DNA of 64,000 bases from Eledone cirrhosa (taxonomy: Eukaryota): NCBI GenBank assembly GCA_964016885.1, contig OZ024741.1:345650001-345714000 (forward strand), read 5' to 3'. The notes below the pieces were generated by a model. The model was not told where the DNA came from, ran no database searches, and saw nothing but the letters and a program-made list of their open reading frames with translations. Position numbers and translations under genes: made by a program. Positions 25,700-37,982 of this stretch are shown here, one piece after another; position 1 is the stretch's first letter, and every line of letters begins with the position of its first letter.

Positions 25700-26600
25700 A
25701 GTGTCTGGCAAAGCATGATGGGTAACTGTTGCGCATTATCACGCTTTGGAATTGTTTGGTATTGGTAATACTTTCCTCTGCTTTGCAGTGTTGGTTGTTA
25801 GTTCATTCCGTATGCAGAGGGCCTTGGTTGTAGTGGATAGGGCAGATACATCGTGTAGATATGTATTCCTGCAGACGATGGTATTTTCTACTCCGTATCG
25901 AAGCTTATAAATTTGTTGATGTCGTTGAACAGATGTTTATGCTGACGTAAACATGAGCATGTTTCTATAACACTGGAACAGAACGCCCTATAGTAGCCCG
26001 CATTAAGTACACTTGACCCCATATACAATCCTGATGTTCTTTTATATAGTTCAATAAGGAAATACTTAAATCTAGAGCATTTAGTATTTAGATCAGTATT
26101 GAACTAGAAAGAATATCGACCTTAATGGCAAGTAAGCTTCCTAGTCTTTTTCTTAGATCAGTAAGTTAAGATGAAAATTGGGACAAAGTTTAGTAATTGT
26201 AGTTTTGTGGGTGAATGAGAAGTAGAGACTGTTAATTAAGTAGCACTAGGTCATGTACTTGTGATACCAATAGAAGAATTGTTGTGGTTATTATAGTTGT
26301 CAAATTGATCGTGGTTTAAAAAATCGGTGAAGAATTACTTTGGACTCAAAGAAATGTGTATATGAGACATTTCTTATCGTAGTTAACATGATTGTGACAG
26401 GATAGGTCAATAACACAAGGTGAGTGTGGGGGTGAAGTGTCAAGAAGAAGGTCAAGTTTTAATTTTAGATCTGGACTCTCATAGATGTATTGGTGGCGCA
26501 GTGTACAATGTTGTCGCAGAAGTTTCTTAATCATGAATTTGGCATTTTGGGAATTATAGCTAATCAAACCTAGACATTTAAGTAGATGGACATTTCTGAT
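25700..26600 (-). pseudogene. Highly decayed PLE-like RT remnant
   Basis: Scattered minus-strand peptides INLT..LNFVP, TSGLYMGS and MRNSYP resemble PLE RT motifs; many stops. Confidence 0.4.
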
Positions 26601-26759
26601 TGTATTATAGATGATGCCACATTTTAATCATTGCTTTAGGAAATTATTCTGGCAGTCAATGTTAGTTCTTTTGTCTGATAGATCCATTAAATTTATCATA
26701 ACAATAAATTTAGCTTGGCTCAAGCATAATGAATAAAAAAAAATGTCTAAAGTCTCTTT

Positions 26760-27000
26760 CAAGCCCGGAGGCTCATTAGGCCGATGCTTATCTTGGTTTC
26801 CTCGACATTAAACAATTGAGAGTGGATATGATGCTAGGTTAAGCCCCCAGCTATTGCTTGTACGCATTTTATTTGAGTATACTGGAGTAACAAAGTAACA
26901 TGAAATGAAGTGTTTTACTCAAAAACACAACACACAGGCTGGTCCAGGAATCAAATTCACGATATTACGATGGTAAGTCCAACAGCCTAACCATTACGGA
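26760..27000 (-). mobile_element. tRNA-derived SINE, second family (GTGTCCTTGAGCAAGACAC-type core)
   Basis: Degenerate box A/B followed by the core; related copy at 35860-35985. Confidence 0.6.
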
Positions 27001-27187
27001 GTGGTATAATTAATATATACGAAATACAGATTAGAATGTTTTAGAACGCCGCTAGAATGGAAACAGGAAATAAAGAAGTAAAACATGGTAAAATAAAAGA
27101 ACGGGCCGCGAAATTTAACTTATATTTCATTCAATATTTCAGCTTACAAAATCATTTATACGCATGTATGTATAAATTAACTAAAGA

Positions 27188-27375
27188 TAATTGTTTCTAC
27201 TTTTGGCACAAGGCCAGCAATTATCTAAGTGCATTACTGGTACTTTATTTTATCGACCCCGTAAGGATGAAAGGCAAAGTGAACCTCGGCGGGATTTGAA
27301 CTAAGATTATAAAGGGGCATAACTCTATGCTGGTAAACATGGCGTCCGACCTTCTACCGATACTGCCAATCCACC
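27188..27375 (-). mobile_element. OR-type/Nin-domain SINE
   Basis: Same sequence as 4717-4852, including the tRNA head. Confidence 0.82.
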
Positions 27376-27381
27376 TAATAT

Positions 27382-27626
27382 CAGGGCATAGGAATTCCAT
27401 CACGAAAAAAACAGGCATTAGTGTGCATGGAAATCGAATCCATATTTCGCGCTTTCATATTAATCGCATCCATATTCTCTATAGGTTCTAAATTTAACGG
27501 AAAAAATAGGGTGGATGTGTCGGTGTAATCGTTCTAGAATATTTAACGTGGAAACAAGAGTTGCGGATCCGATTCCCACGTAGGCTCGTGGTCATTTGTT
27601 TCCGTAATAGGGGTTCGTAAGCCCTA
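27382..27626. mobile_element. Putative MITE with imperfect ~27-bp TIRs
   Basis: CAGGGCATAGGAATTCCATCACGAAAA vs TAGGGCTTACGAACCCCTATTACGGAAA on the opposite strand; no TSD found. Confidence 0.5.
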
Positions 27627-27789
27627 ATGTTAGACTGTTTTCTGTAGTCAATTTAGAGTGAAAGATTCTAATTCTATTTTCAATATTATATATAACAAAG
27701 AAGGTGTGGTAAGATACCAGGTGGACCATAACGCAGAGTACTCAATACTTAAGGTAGTAGAGTGGGTAACAGGGAGTCCTGACTCTTTT

Positions 27790-27846
<57 letters not shown>

Positions 27847-27934
27847 ATGTGTATCCCGGGTTCAATCGGGGATAACCACAGTAAGTAAGGTAGTCGATAC
27901 ATAGTAGAGTATAAATATTTATATATATATATAT

Positions 27935-28610
27935 AATAATAACTAGGAAGTGATCAACATATATATAAATAAATATAAACATGAAAAATCACAGGAGATA
28001 ATTTTTACAAGCGTGTAACCACGCATGCCTAGTAGGTAACAAATAAATAAAGTTAACTAGAACTTCAAAAATATATACCTTTTAATGATTAATCTTCCCT
28101 GTATATATTTCATTAAAGAAATATATTTCACCAATTAATCAGATGGTAAGTCACGGAAAGTGGATATTATTGGATTATTAACAAGGAAGAACAATATCAA
28201 GCGATCCATGCTTCTTAATTGTAGAGCTAACTCTGTTGAAGGGAATTGACTGCTGTTTCTAACGAAGCCGCTGTGATGTGTAATATCAACACGTGGTAAC
28301 GGCCAGTTTAAGATTTTGACTCGAAGTGTAAACATGGATCGCTTGATATTGTTCTTCCTTGTTGATAATCCAATAATATCCAATTTCCGTGACTTACCAT
28401 CTGATTAATTGGTGAAATATATTTCTTTAATGAAATATATACAGGGAAGATTAATCATTAAAAGGTATATATTTTTGAAGTTCTAGTTAACTTTATTTAT
28501 TTGTTACCTACTAGGCATGCGTGGTTACACGCTTGTAAAAATTATCTCCTGTGATTTTTCATGTTTATAGTTATTTATATATATGTTGATCAATTCCTAG
28601 TTATTATTAT
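27935..28610. repeat. Near-perfect ~275-bp inverted repeat with ~120-bp spacer
   Basis: 27935-28210 is reverse-complementary to 28332-28610. Confidence 0.92.
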
Positions 28611-29008
28611 AAAATGCTCGTACCTACAAAGTCCTAGAGATTATTTTCCGGGCGATATGGCGCATTCCGTTAAGGAATGACACCCACAATTTCGATTCTG
28701 ATTGAATTCTTTTAATCTATCTTAATTTTGGATATAGATATATATATATATAGAGAGAGAGATAGATAGAAATATTTCTTTATTAGCCACAAGGGCGCAC
28801 AAGAAAAGGGGACAATACAAAGACATGCCGGGGATTTTACATACAGTCGTGTAAAAAATATAAAAACAAACAATTACAACAATCGAAATCCCCAATAGGG
28901 GGCAGGCTCCACAATTGGGTTGTTTAATACCCCGTCGATAGAACAACCCTCAACTCCAGGAGCGTGTTGTGCAAGTGCTCCTTTCTTCCTTTTGCTCTCT
29001 TCTTCAAC

Positions 29009-32000
29009 CTACAGGCTTATAAACTGAGAAGGCCCAAACACTCGGGCCATTTTCGCTTCATTCACCCACCTTTCAGTAAATTTACTGGGGTGCAGTGCCT
29101 CTCTCTCCATCCTGATTCTCCTTCTAAAGTGATACTTAAAGAAGGGAATCAATTGTTGTCCGGAGAGAAAGGCATCTGTCCTCAGTCCTCTCAACCTCGT
29201 CCACCATATAACTTCTTTCACCATAGCCACTGTACAGAGGAAAACCGCCTCTCTTTCGTTTTTGAAAGAGGCTGGTGGTTTGATCCTTACTATGGACTCG
29301 GCAGTCAACTGGATTTGTCCCATACGCAACAGCAGTTGTTCTGCATAGTTCCACAGGTCGGTTACGCCCGGGCAGTGTACAATTGCGTGCAGGACTGTTT
29401 CAATATCCTGCGCGCATCTTGGACACGTCCTCTTGGAAGGATCCCTGCCGGGGCGTCCGTGCCTGTAGATCTTGTCACGAACCGGTAGAGCTCCTCGGTA
29501 GCACTGCCAGGCCATGGACCTCTGGAAGTTGTCCATAGGTCCCGGGCGGAAAGTCCTACCAAACAGACTGGTGAGCTCATCGTCTTCGAAGCCCAGAGTC
29601 TCTCCGAGCACGTCGTCGCTCTTGTAACGTACAATCCCTCTATAGAATGTCGAAATGGAGTCTCCACTGATTGCTGCGCCCGCTTGCCAGAGGATTGTGA
29701 GCACCTGAGCGCATTCAATGTGCCAGGCGTCCATCGTTTTCGGTCTTTTTTTGACCCAGGACTGCAGCTTCGTCAGCGAGACGAGCTGTGGGAAAGTCTG
29801 TCTCACAAACGGTGCCCACACAGGTTGGGGATCGGTGAGGAATACTTGGAGATGCCGCAGCCTCAGCGCATGTTTGCGCATCATCAGCCACGGCATTCCC
29901 ATCCCTCCGTTGGAAGGGTGCTGACAGCAGACGGATATCCTCACCAGCGGAGCCTGCTTCTTCCACAGAAACTGGAAGAGCATGCGTTTCATCTTGGCGA
30001 GGTGTTCACAGGGACAAGGCACGACAGTCAAGCGGTAGTAGATGATGGACGCTATGAAAGTATTCGCCACCTCCGCTCGACCTTTCAAGGACAGTTTGCA
30101 CTCTGCCCACTTCTGGGTGAGTGCAAACACCTTGGCCGTGACCTCGTTCCAGTTTTTCTCCACCTGGAGGTCTGGACCGAACCAAACCCCGAGCAATTTC
30201 ACCGGTCCGTCCGTCCAGCGTCCAACGACGCTGTCGGACGTCATCAGTTTGCCTATCCACCGAGTTGCAAACCGACAGACTTGTCCGGGTTTAGTTTTTC
30301 TCCCGTCAGCGTTTCGTATTCTTTCAGTAAGTTGCCGATCACCCCGATTTCCGAGGTGCTCGACACCATTACCCTCACGTCGTCGGCATAAGTCGACGCC
30401 GCTTTGCGCAGTCCCAGTTCTAGAGGGATGCCCTGCAACAGCACCAATTTCAGCAGTAGTGGCTCTAGAGTCAATACATACATAATGGAGGAGAGAGGGC
30501 ATCCCTGTCGAATGGAACGCGTGATTGCGAACGGCTCCGATAGGTAGCCGTTCACCTTGACCCTCGAGCAGATGTTGGTGTGCATCGCCTTGATCCATCC
30601 TCTGAACACGGGACCGAAACCGGCCGCCTTGAGAACCGCTTCCAAGTATCGATGGTCGACCCTATCGAATGCCTTAGACTGATCCAAGTTGATCAAAGCC
30701 CCACCGAAGCCGGGCTTACTACCCATCCTCTCTATGATGTATCGCATGAGGTGGAGGTTGTCGTGTATGGACCTGGTCGGGATTGCACACGTTTGCGCTT
30801 TCCCTACCAGGTTCTCGACGACAAGCGCCAACCTCGTCGCTAGCACGTTGGCCAAAATCTTTAACTCTGTGTTGAGCAGAGTTATGGGCCTGAAGTTGTT
30901 AATTTCGTTCCCCTTGTTCTCGTCTTTCCTGATTAGCGTTACTACGCTCTTTCCTGCAGAACTGGGAATTCTCCTGTTCTGCTGCCAATTGCAGTAGACG
31001 CCTTGGAGGACGCCAGAGAACAAGTTCGGCATGTCTATGTAAAACTCATAGGGTAGACCATCTAGACCGGGTGACTTGCGTTTCCCGCAGCGGCCCAGAG
31101 CGTCCCGTATCTCAGTGTCCGTGATCGGTCTTTCGAAGAACTCGACGTCCGTGTTCGAGAGATGCGGCAGGCCGTCGAGGTATGAACTAAAGTCCATTGC
31201 CCCGTTCGGCTCACCGTCAATCTGCTCAAACAGTCGCACAAAGTGCCGCTGAAAGGCCGCGCACATTTGCTTGGGGTCAAGTAGCACGCGTCCGTTTTGG
31301 TCTTTCAAAGACCGAATCGTGGACTTGTTGCCACTTTTTGCCTCCGCCACTCGGACCCAGCTGACAGCTTTCGCTCCTTCGTTTCCTAGAAGTTTTGCTT
31401 CTGACCACGCAGCCTTCGTGTTTCGCATCGAAGAACTGGTCCAGTGCCGTTCTCGACGCTAACACTTTAGCCTCTAAGTGCCTCCTCTACCTTGGCTACT
31501 AGTTCTCTTTCTCTTCTGTTTTTCTCTAAGGCTAACTCTCTGCTATACCCTATCGATTCTATTCTAATTGCTTTCTTGAGAGAGTACCACCATCTATTGT
31601 TGACGATGGCTCCCGTTAACTGTTGCTTGACTAGTCTACTTACCCGTTCACTGTAAGCTTTACATGCCGGCAACGACACGTTCAGCTTCCAGTATCCGGG
31701 TCCCTGTCTATGTATTCTATCACGGTTGACTAAGCAGACGACTAACTTGTGATCTGAATAGGCAACCATGTGCATTCGTGGACAGCTTACTATCTCCTTG
31801 TCCCTTTCTCTAATGAAGAACATATCTAAATACGATCTAGATGTCCCGCTGCGGTTTGCTCACGTCCACTGTGGTGCAGTCGGGAAATCCAGTCGATACC
31901 TATCGGCCAGTTGGAATTGGCCGATTAAAGTTTTGAGGCTGTTGCACCCCGCTCTACTGGGACATGTTCTCACATAGTCCCATCGTGCATCTAGGATACC

Positions 32001-32435
32001 ATTCCAGTCCCCCACTAAAAGTAAGGAGCGAGACGTTCCCAGAAAAGACTCTAGACGTTTAAAGAAATCTGGCCGTGATTGCGATTGCCCGGTCGGGGCA
32101 TAAACGGCCACCAGTCTGAAGGCTCCACCTCCAATACTGTTAACGTCTAGAACTACCAGTCTACCCTCCGGGTCCAAGTGTACTTGCTGTACTTTCACGT
32201 CCAGGTTCTTCCGAAACATGACAGCCACTCCACCCCCACCTCCTGGCTCACAGAGAGATGCGTAGATCTCAAAGTCGTCGAAGATGGGGGTTAGTTGCTG
32301 CCTGTTGTGGATCCTGGACTCGGTGATGGCTATCACATCCATACCGTGTGACCTAAGGTCGTTTAAAAGTTGGTCCTGTTTCCAGGGCATCTCTAAGCCA
32401 CGCACATTCACGCTTCCAACTCGTAAACTAGCCAT
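29009..32435 (-). pseudogene. LINE ORF2 (APE-RT-CCHC) split by frameshifts and stops
   Basis: ORFs 31860-32477, 31467-31823, 30253-31428 and 29009-30598 are collinear; probable start MASLRVGSVNVRGL. Confidence 0.92.
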
Positions 32436-32477
32436 GTTGGTGAAGAAAAGTTGGAGAAAAAGGACGAAACAGTGCAC

Positions 32478-34390
32478 TTACCTTTTCGTTTCCTGGAGAT
32501 CGGGTTGTTCAATCTCCATTTGGGTGCTGGATGGGGTGTTGAGTGGGGTAAGGAAATATTTTAACAGGACGCGGTTGATGGGTTTCTGGCAGGGGTTGTC
32601 CACGTCCTGTGAAAATTTATTTTTTAGGTCACGTCACTATAGGTCTCCATAGAAACCCTTATAAGTTTAAGGTGTGGAGACGATTCTGCCTTGACGAAAG
32701 TTTTGCCCTCCGTCTCCACCTTGGGGTTTTGGGAGATGACCTCCATCAAACTCTTGTTGTTTGTGTTGATGTATGCGTATTGTTGTTTGTGTTTTTGTTG
32801 TGTTGTTTTAGTTTGTTGTTTCTCTGGGAGTTTTCTTTTTATAGTGGGTGCTTGTGTTTGGGGTGGTGTTGGTGTTGGTTTTGCTGATAGGGGGATGTTT
32901 GACTGTGGTGTTATTTGTGTTGTTGTTTGTGTCTGTGGTTGTGTGTTGGTGTTGGTGATTGGAGTTTTGGGGGTTTTGTGGTGTCTCTTTTTTTGTTTTT
33001 AAGATTTCCGCGGCTCTCCCTCTTCTTCACTTAAAGAAGGAGAAGCAGCTTCATCCGTCGATGAATAATCATCGTCAGGTGTGTGGGGTAGGGGTATGTT
33101 GTGTGGTGGTGGTGTTTTGGTGCGTGTGTTTGTGGTAGTGTTTGATGGAGTGGGATGGAATGGGGCTGTGTTCTTCAGTGTGTTGTCTCTGTTTTTTCTG
33201 TTGTTGTTGGTTGAGTGTCTGTTTGTTTTGGTGTGGTTGCTCGTTTCGTCTGTCGTTGTACTTGTGGTGGTGGTGGTTGTTTTGGTGTTGGTGTTGGTAA
33301 TAGTGTTTTTTTAATGATGTTGTTGTGTGTTTGTGGACAAGAGGCTTTTAGGTGTGCTGTGCTACCACAGCGAAAGCAATGAAATTTTCGTCCTTTTACC
33401 GAAATGTTTATTTTGTTGTTATCATCGATGACGACTCTTTCGGGTATTTTGGAGATTCTCTCCGGTTTCATTTGCAACAGAATCTCCAAATCAGTACCCC
33501 CCACCTTTGTCGAATAGATTTTCGTATCGAAAGAATCCTATCAGTTTCTGGTTCTACGAAGCCAGCCAAGATCCACCAGATGTTAATGTTTGGGGGCATG
33601 TTTTTTATTTTTATTTTTTGTGTTCTTTTTCCCATGTATGTAAGGAAAAAGGTGTATGCTTTTGACACCATTGGTGTCACAGAATGTTTTTGGGCGAGTG
33701 CCTCGCTTTTAAACAGTACAGAAACACTTCCGTACTGTTTTCCTCGCTGGTGAAAATCGATATTTGCTAGAATTTCCTTGAAAGTAGCTTCTATATCTGC
33801 TTGGCTAACAAATGTCGGCTTTCTTGTGGAATTTGACACAGTCCTAAAGGTGACTGATCTACGAATTGTGTCTTCCTTTATTTCAAGGGGTGAGTTAATT
33901 CTAAACCCACCTTTTTCTTCGAAAATTACAAATTTTCTCCCTTGCTGGGGCATATCTCTTGCGTCGGAGATATCAAGATTTATAAAATCTTGTTTTTTGT
34001 TCACTGTTTCAGCGAAAGACATTTTCTTTTTTTGTGTGTGTGGTGTTGCTGTTGTTGTTGTTGTTATCGTTGTTAGCCTCTGTGTTGGAAATCTCAGTTC
34101 CTTGACGAGGTGAAACATTATGTGTAGATGTATCTGTGAAGTTGTTGATGTCTTTTTCATGTGTATGTATGTTAATGGATTTTAATTCCTGTGTTTTTCT
34201 GTGTGTTATTGTTATTTTTCCCCGCTTCGACGGTAGAAATTTTAAAATCTTCAAGTGGTAATATTTTTTCCTCTTTGTTGACAGTCGTATCTATGGCGAC
34301 ATCCATAGTAGCAGAAGCAGATATAACGTTAATATCTGCCTCTTTCTCTCTCTTTTCTCTATTGACGTTCTCCAGCGTTCTTCTGTTCAA
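32478..34390 (-). pseudogene. LINE ORF1 (RRM-like region, CCHC knuckle, T/Q/K-rich tail), frameshifted
   Basis: ORFs 33468-34160 and 33175-33504; ends MEIEQPDLQETKR*. Confidence 0.8.
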
Positions 34391-34741
34391 GTTATTTAGT
34401 TTGTAAAATTTGGTATTTTATAACAATTTTAAAAATAAAATGTTCGCCCTTAAAGGCGCGAAAAATGGGATTACCACCCAGCTGACAATTTAGCTTGGGG
34501 GTTAATCTACAAAATAATATATTTTTCCTAATAATTTGTTCTGTTTTTCGTATATAAATTAACAAAAAATCTTACCGGCGATGTTTCACGCGTCTGACAG
34601 AAAGAGAGATAGATAGATAGATAGATAGATAGATAGGAAAAGAGTCAGGACCACGACGGCTAACCCCTGGTGTATTATGGTCCACCTGGTATCTTATCAC
34701 ATCCTCTTATATATATATATATAAATGTGAGTGTACCCCCC

Positions 34742-34802
<61 letters not shown>

Positions 34803-35123
34803 CATATATATGCATGTATTTATAAATATACAATACACACAAATATATGTTTATAATCACTGCGTATCGGTATAGTTTTACGACGGATTAACCAGAGAAT
34901 CCTTGTGTCTAGTTTGTTTAAATCCTTCTATTAAGTGCATACTTTCAAGTAACGAGGTTTCATAATGGATTAGTATGCAGTTTATGTAGTATATGATGGC
35001 TTGAGAGGTGATGGCGGTGTTGGTTATTGTGATGTTGTTGACAACGGCGTTAGGGTCGGGGGCGATAATAGTTATGGTTGTAGGAGTAGAGGTTGAAGTC
35101 TCTTACATTTTTCTTTCTTTCAT

Positions 35124-35154
<31 letters not shown>

Positions 35155-36022
35155 ACTTCAATAACTACCTGGTTAACCCTCTCTCTCTCTCTGTCTCTCA
35201 CCCCTCTCTCTATATATATAACGAAGAAGGTGTGGTAAGGAACCAGATGAACCATAACGCACCAGAGTACTCAATACTTAGGGTAGTAGAGGGGGTAATA
35301 AATGTTTAACCCCGACGGCAGAGCTCAAGTCGTTTCGACGGCTATTTCTGGACTAAATGTATATATATGTATCTATAAACAATGAGTTATATGCTTTGTT
35401 GATGATTATTCAACAGAGTTATCTAAACTATAATAAAGGCGACGATCTGTCACTGGCACACCGTTGTTTACAAAAGAATCGGACATTATTATTAATGTTC
35501 GATATAACCCATACGTACATATGTATATGTATATATGTGTGTGTATATATATATATGTATGTGTGCACGTGTGCATACTTACATTTATGTATCAACTGTG
35601 TTAGGGCGGGTCCCCTTGAAATATATATAATAAAATAAATATGGTTTTATAAATATAGTTTCCATTTATTAATATCATTGATATTATACTCCAGAAAACA
35701 CGTAGAGTGCTTCGAATCTGTTATAAATATCTCTTTGCTTATATATATATATATATATATGAAAGGAACGATCGACTTTCGTCAAATCAGACCGAGGAAA
35801 CAATGTTTCCATTAGTTTTTCCAATTGTTAATACTATCTATCAGTCGCAACTCCAGGTAGAAGGATCAACGTGAAATAAAGTGTCTTGCCCAGGACATAA
35901 CGCATCGCCCGGTCCAGGAATCGAACTTACAACCTCAAGATTGCAAATCCAATTCTGAAACCACGCAGCTACACGCCTTCACCCCCCCACATATATATAT
36001 ATTAAAATATATATTATATATT

Positions 36023-36630
36023 AGAAGTGGTTGCACAACAGTTAGTTCACCATACCGAGAACAACTATTTCACCTTAGCGGATCCTCAGCTCGTAATGGA
36101 CATGGTTATATGGAACAGGAAGGACAACTGTACGAACGCGCATGCGCAGAAATGGTAACTTCACTCAGGCGATACTGAATTGCGTGCGAGAAGTGTAAGG
36201 GAGATAACTGCGAAAGTCCGAAAGTTTCTAGTTGATAAGAAAATTAGGATGTTGTAATTCAATCTGGAGCTTTGTAGTTATGTAAGAGGTGTTTCCAGAC
36301 GTGTGGACAACGTGTGAAGAATTCATTTCTTGAGTTTAGGCAATCGCTATTGCGTAATCTCTTTAGAATATTTATTCGTTCATCAATACATAGTCCACAC
36401 GACGGAATTTTCTTATCAACTAGAAACTTTCGGACTTTCGCAGTTATCTCCCTTACACCCCTCGCACGCAATTTAGTATTGCCTGGGTGAAGTGACCGTT
36501 TCTGCGCATGCCCGTTCGTACAGTTGTCCTTCCTGTTCCGTATAACCATGTCCATTACGAGCTGAGGGTCCGCTAAGGTGAAACAATTGTTGTCGGTATG
36601 GTGAGCTAACTGTTGTGTAACCACTTCTAC
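36023..36630 (-). mobile_element. Extremely 5'-truncated PLE: GIY-YIG C-terminus between inverted terminal arms
   Basis: CGLCIDERINIL...CLNSRNEFFTRCPH at 36259-36405; arms 36023-36245 and 36406-36630 are inverted. Confidence 0.8.
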
Positions 36631-36704
36631 CTAACTCGTCCCATGGACTGAGTGTTCTACCACTACGGATATTACCTTCCAGTGTTCTACCACTATATTA
36701 TATT

Positions 36705-36890
36705 ATGGATTGCCAGTATCGGTAGAGGGTCGGATGTCATCTTTGACGCATAGAGTTACGGCCCTTTTCATTCTGAGTTCAAATCCCGCCAAGGTCAACT
36801 TTGCCTTTCATCCTTACGGGGTCGATAAAATAAAGTACCAGTAATGTACTGGGTGATTGGTGGCCTTGTGCCAAAAGTAGAAACAATTAT
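36705..36890 (+). mobile_element. OR-type/Nin-domain SINE
   Basis: TGGATTGCCAGTATCGGTAGAG head, GAGTTCAAATCCC box B, GCCTTTCATCCTTACGGGGTCGATAAA. Confidence 0.85.
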
Positions 36891-36901
36891 ATTATATACA
36901 C

Positions 36902-36984
<83 letters not shown>

Positions 36985-37419
36985 TATGCATACATACGAG
37001 TGTGCGTGTGTATATATGAATGTATGTATATACAAGTATACCACATGTTAAGATAAAACTATGTAAAATATACTGATAATTGTAATAGTAACAGCGAAAA
37101 AGAAAAGAAAACAAAACAAAAACAAAAAAAACAAAGACAAACCTCCAACGATAATGGAGAATAACTTGGATTTATTTCTGATGCAGAATTAAATCAATTG
37201 GGGATAAAAATGAAACGTAGAAAACGCGGAACCATATTACAGATGAAGTGGGAAGTAAGAAAGAGACAAACTCAATTAGAATTGCAGAGCGTTGTCATAG
37301 ATACAAATATGTGTATATGTGTTAGTGTGTGTGTGTTGGGGAGGTTGGTCCGATCAAGTTCAGTTATAATCCAGCAAAAACAACAGATATTTACAGTATA
37401 ATGGTAGAGACGATATTAT

Positions 37420-37421
37420 GT

Positions 37422-37453
<32 letters not shown>

Positions 37454-37540
37454 AAATGTATATATATATATATATATATACATGTATAAATGTATATATA
37501 TATGTATACACACACACAAACACACATATATATATACATA

Positions 37541-37576
<36 letters not shown>

Positions 37577-37711
37577 CATATATATATATATACACACACA
37601 CACATATATATGAATGTATGTATATATGTATATATATATGTATATATGTATATATATATGTATAAATGTATATATATATATATATGTTTACATACATATA
37701 TATATGTATAT

Positions 37712-37765
<54 letters not shown>

Positions 37766-37982
37766 GCTTGAAAGATTTTCTTGGGCTGGATTAGAACTCT
37801 GTTGTAGGATTAAAGTTGAATTAAAGTGAATGACGTTAGAATCTGTGGAGGATGAAACTAAGACTATGAGGGAGATGATGTTGATGACGACGACGACGAC
37901 GACGACGAAGAAGAAGAAGAAGAAGAAGAAGAAGAAGAAGAAGAAGAAGAAGAAGAAGAAGAAGAAGAAGAAGAAGAAGAAG
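37420..37982. repeat. Compound (TA)/(CA) tract followed by (GAC)n(AAG)n microsatellites
   Basis: Direct inspection. Confidence 0.95.

Larger units (their letters stand above)
28771..34602 (-). mobile_element. Full-length L1/Tx1-type non-LTR retrotransposon (~5.8 kb) with 15-bp TSD
   Basis: ORF1 with CFRCGSTAHLKASC zinc knuckle; ORF2 with APE (VNVRGL, TES, VYAP, GDWN, SDH), RT (PGLDG, DQSKAFD, QGCPLS, YADD) and CPRC..H..C; AGAGAGATAGATAGA at 28756-28770 and 34603-34617; 3' AATAAA. Confidence 0.93.

Noticed and set aside
36705-36790. tRNA gene
   Set aside because: Box A/B belong to a SINE head; no cloverleaf.
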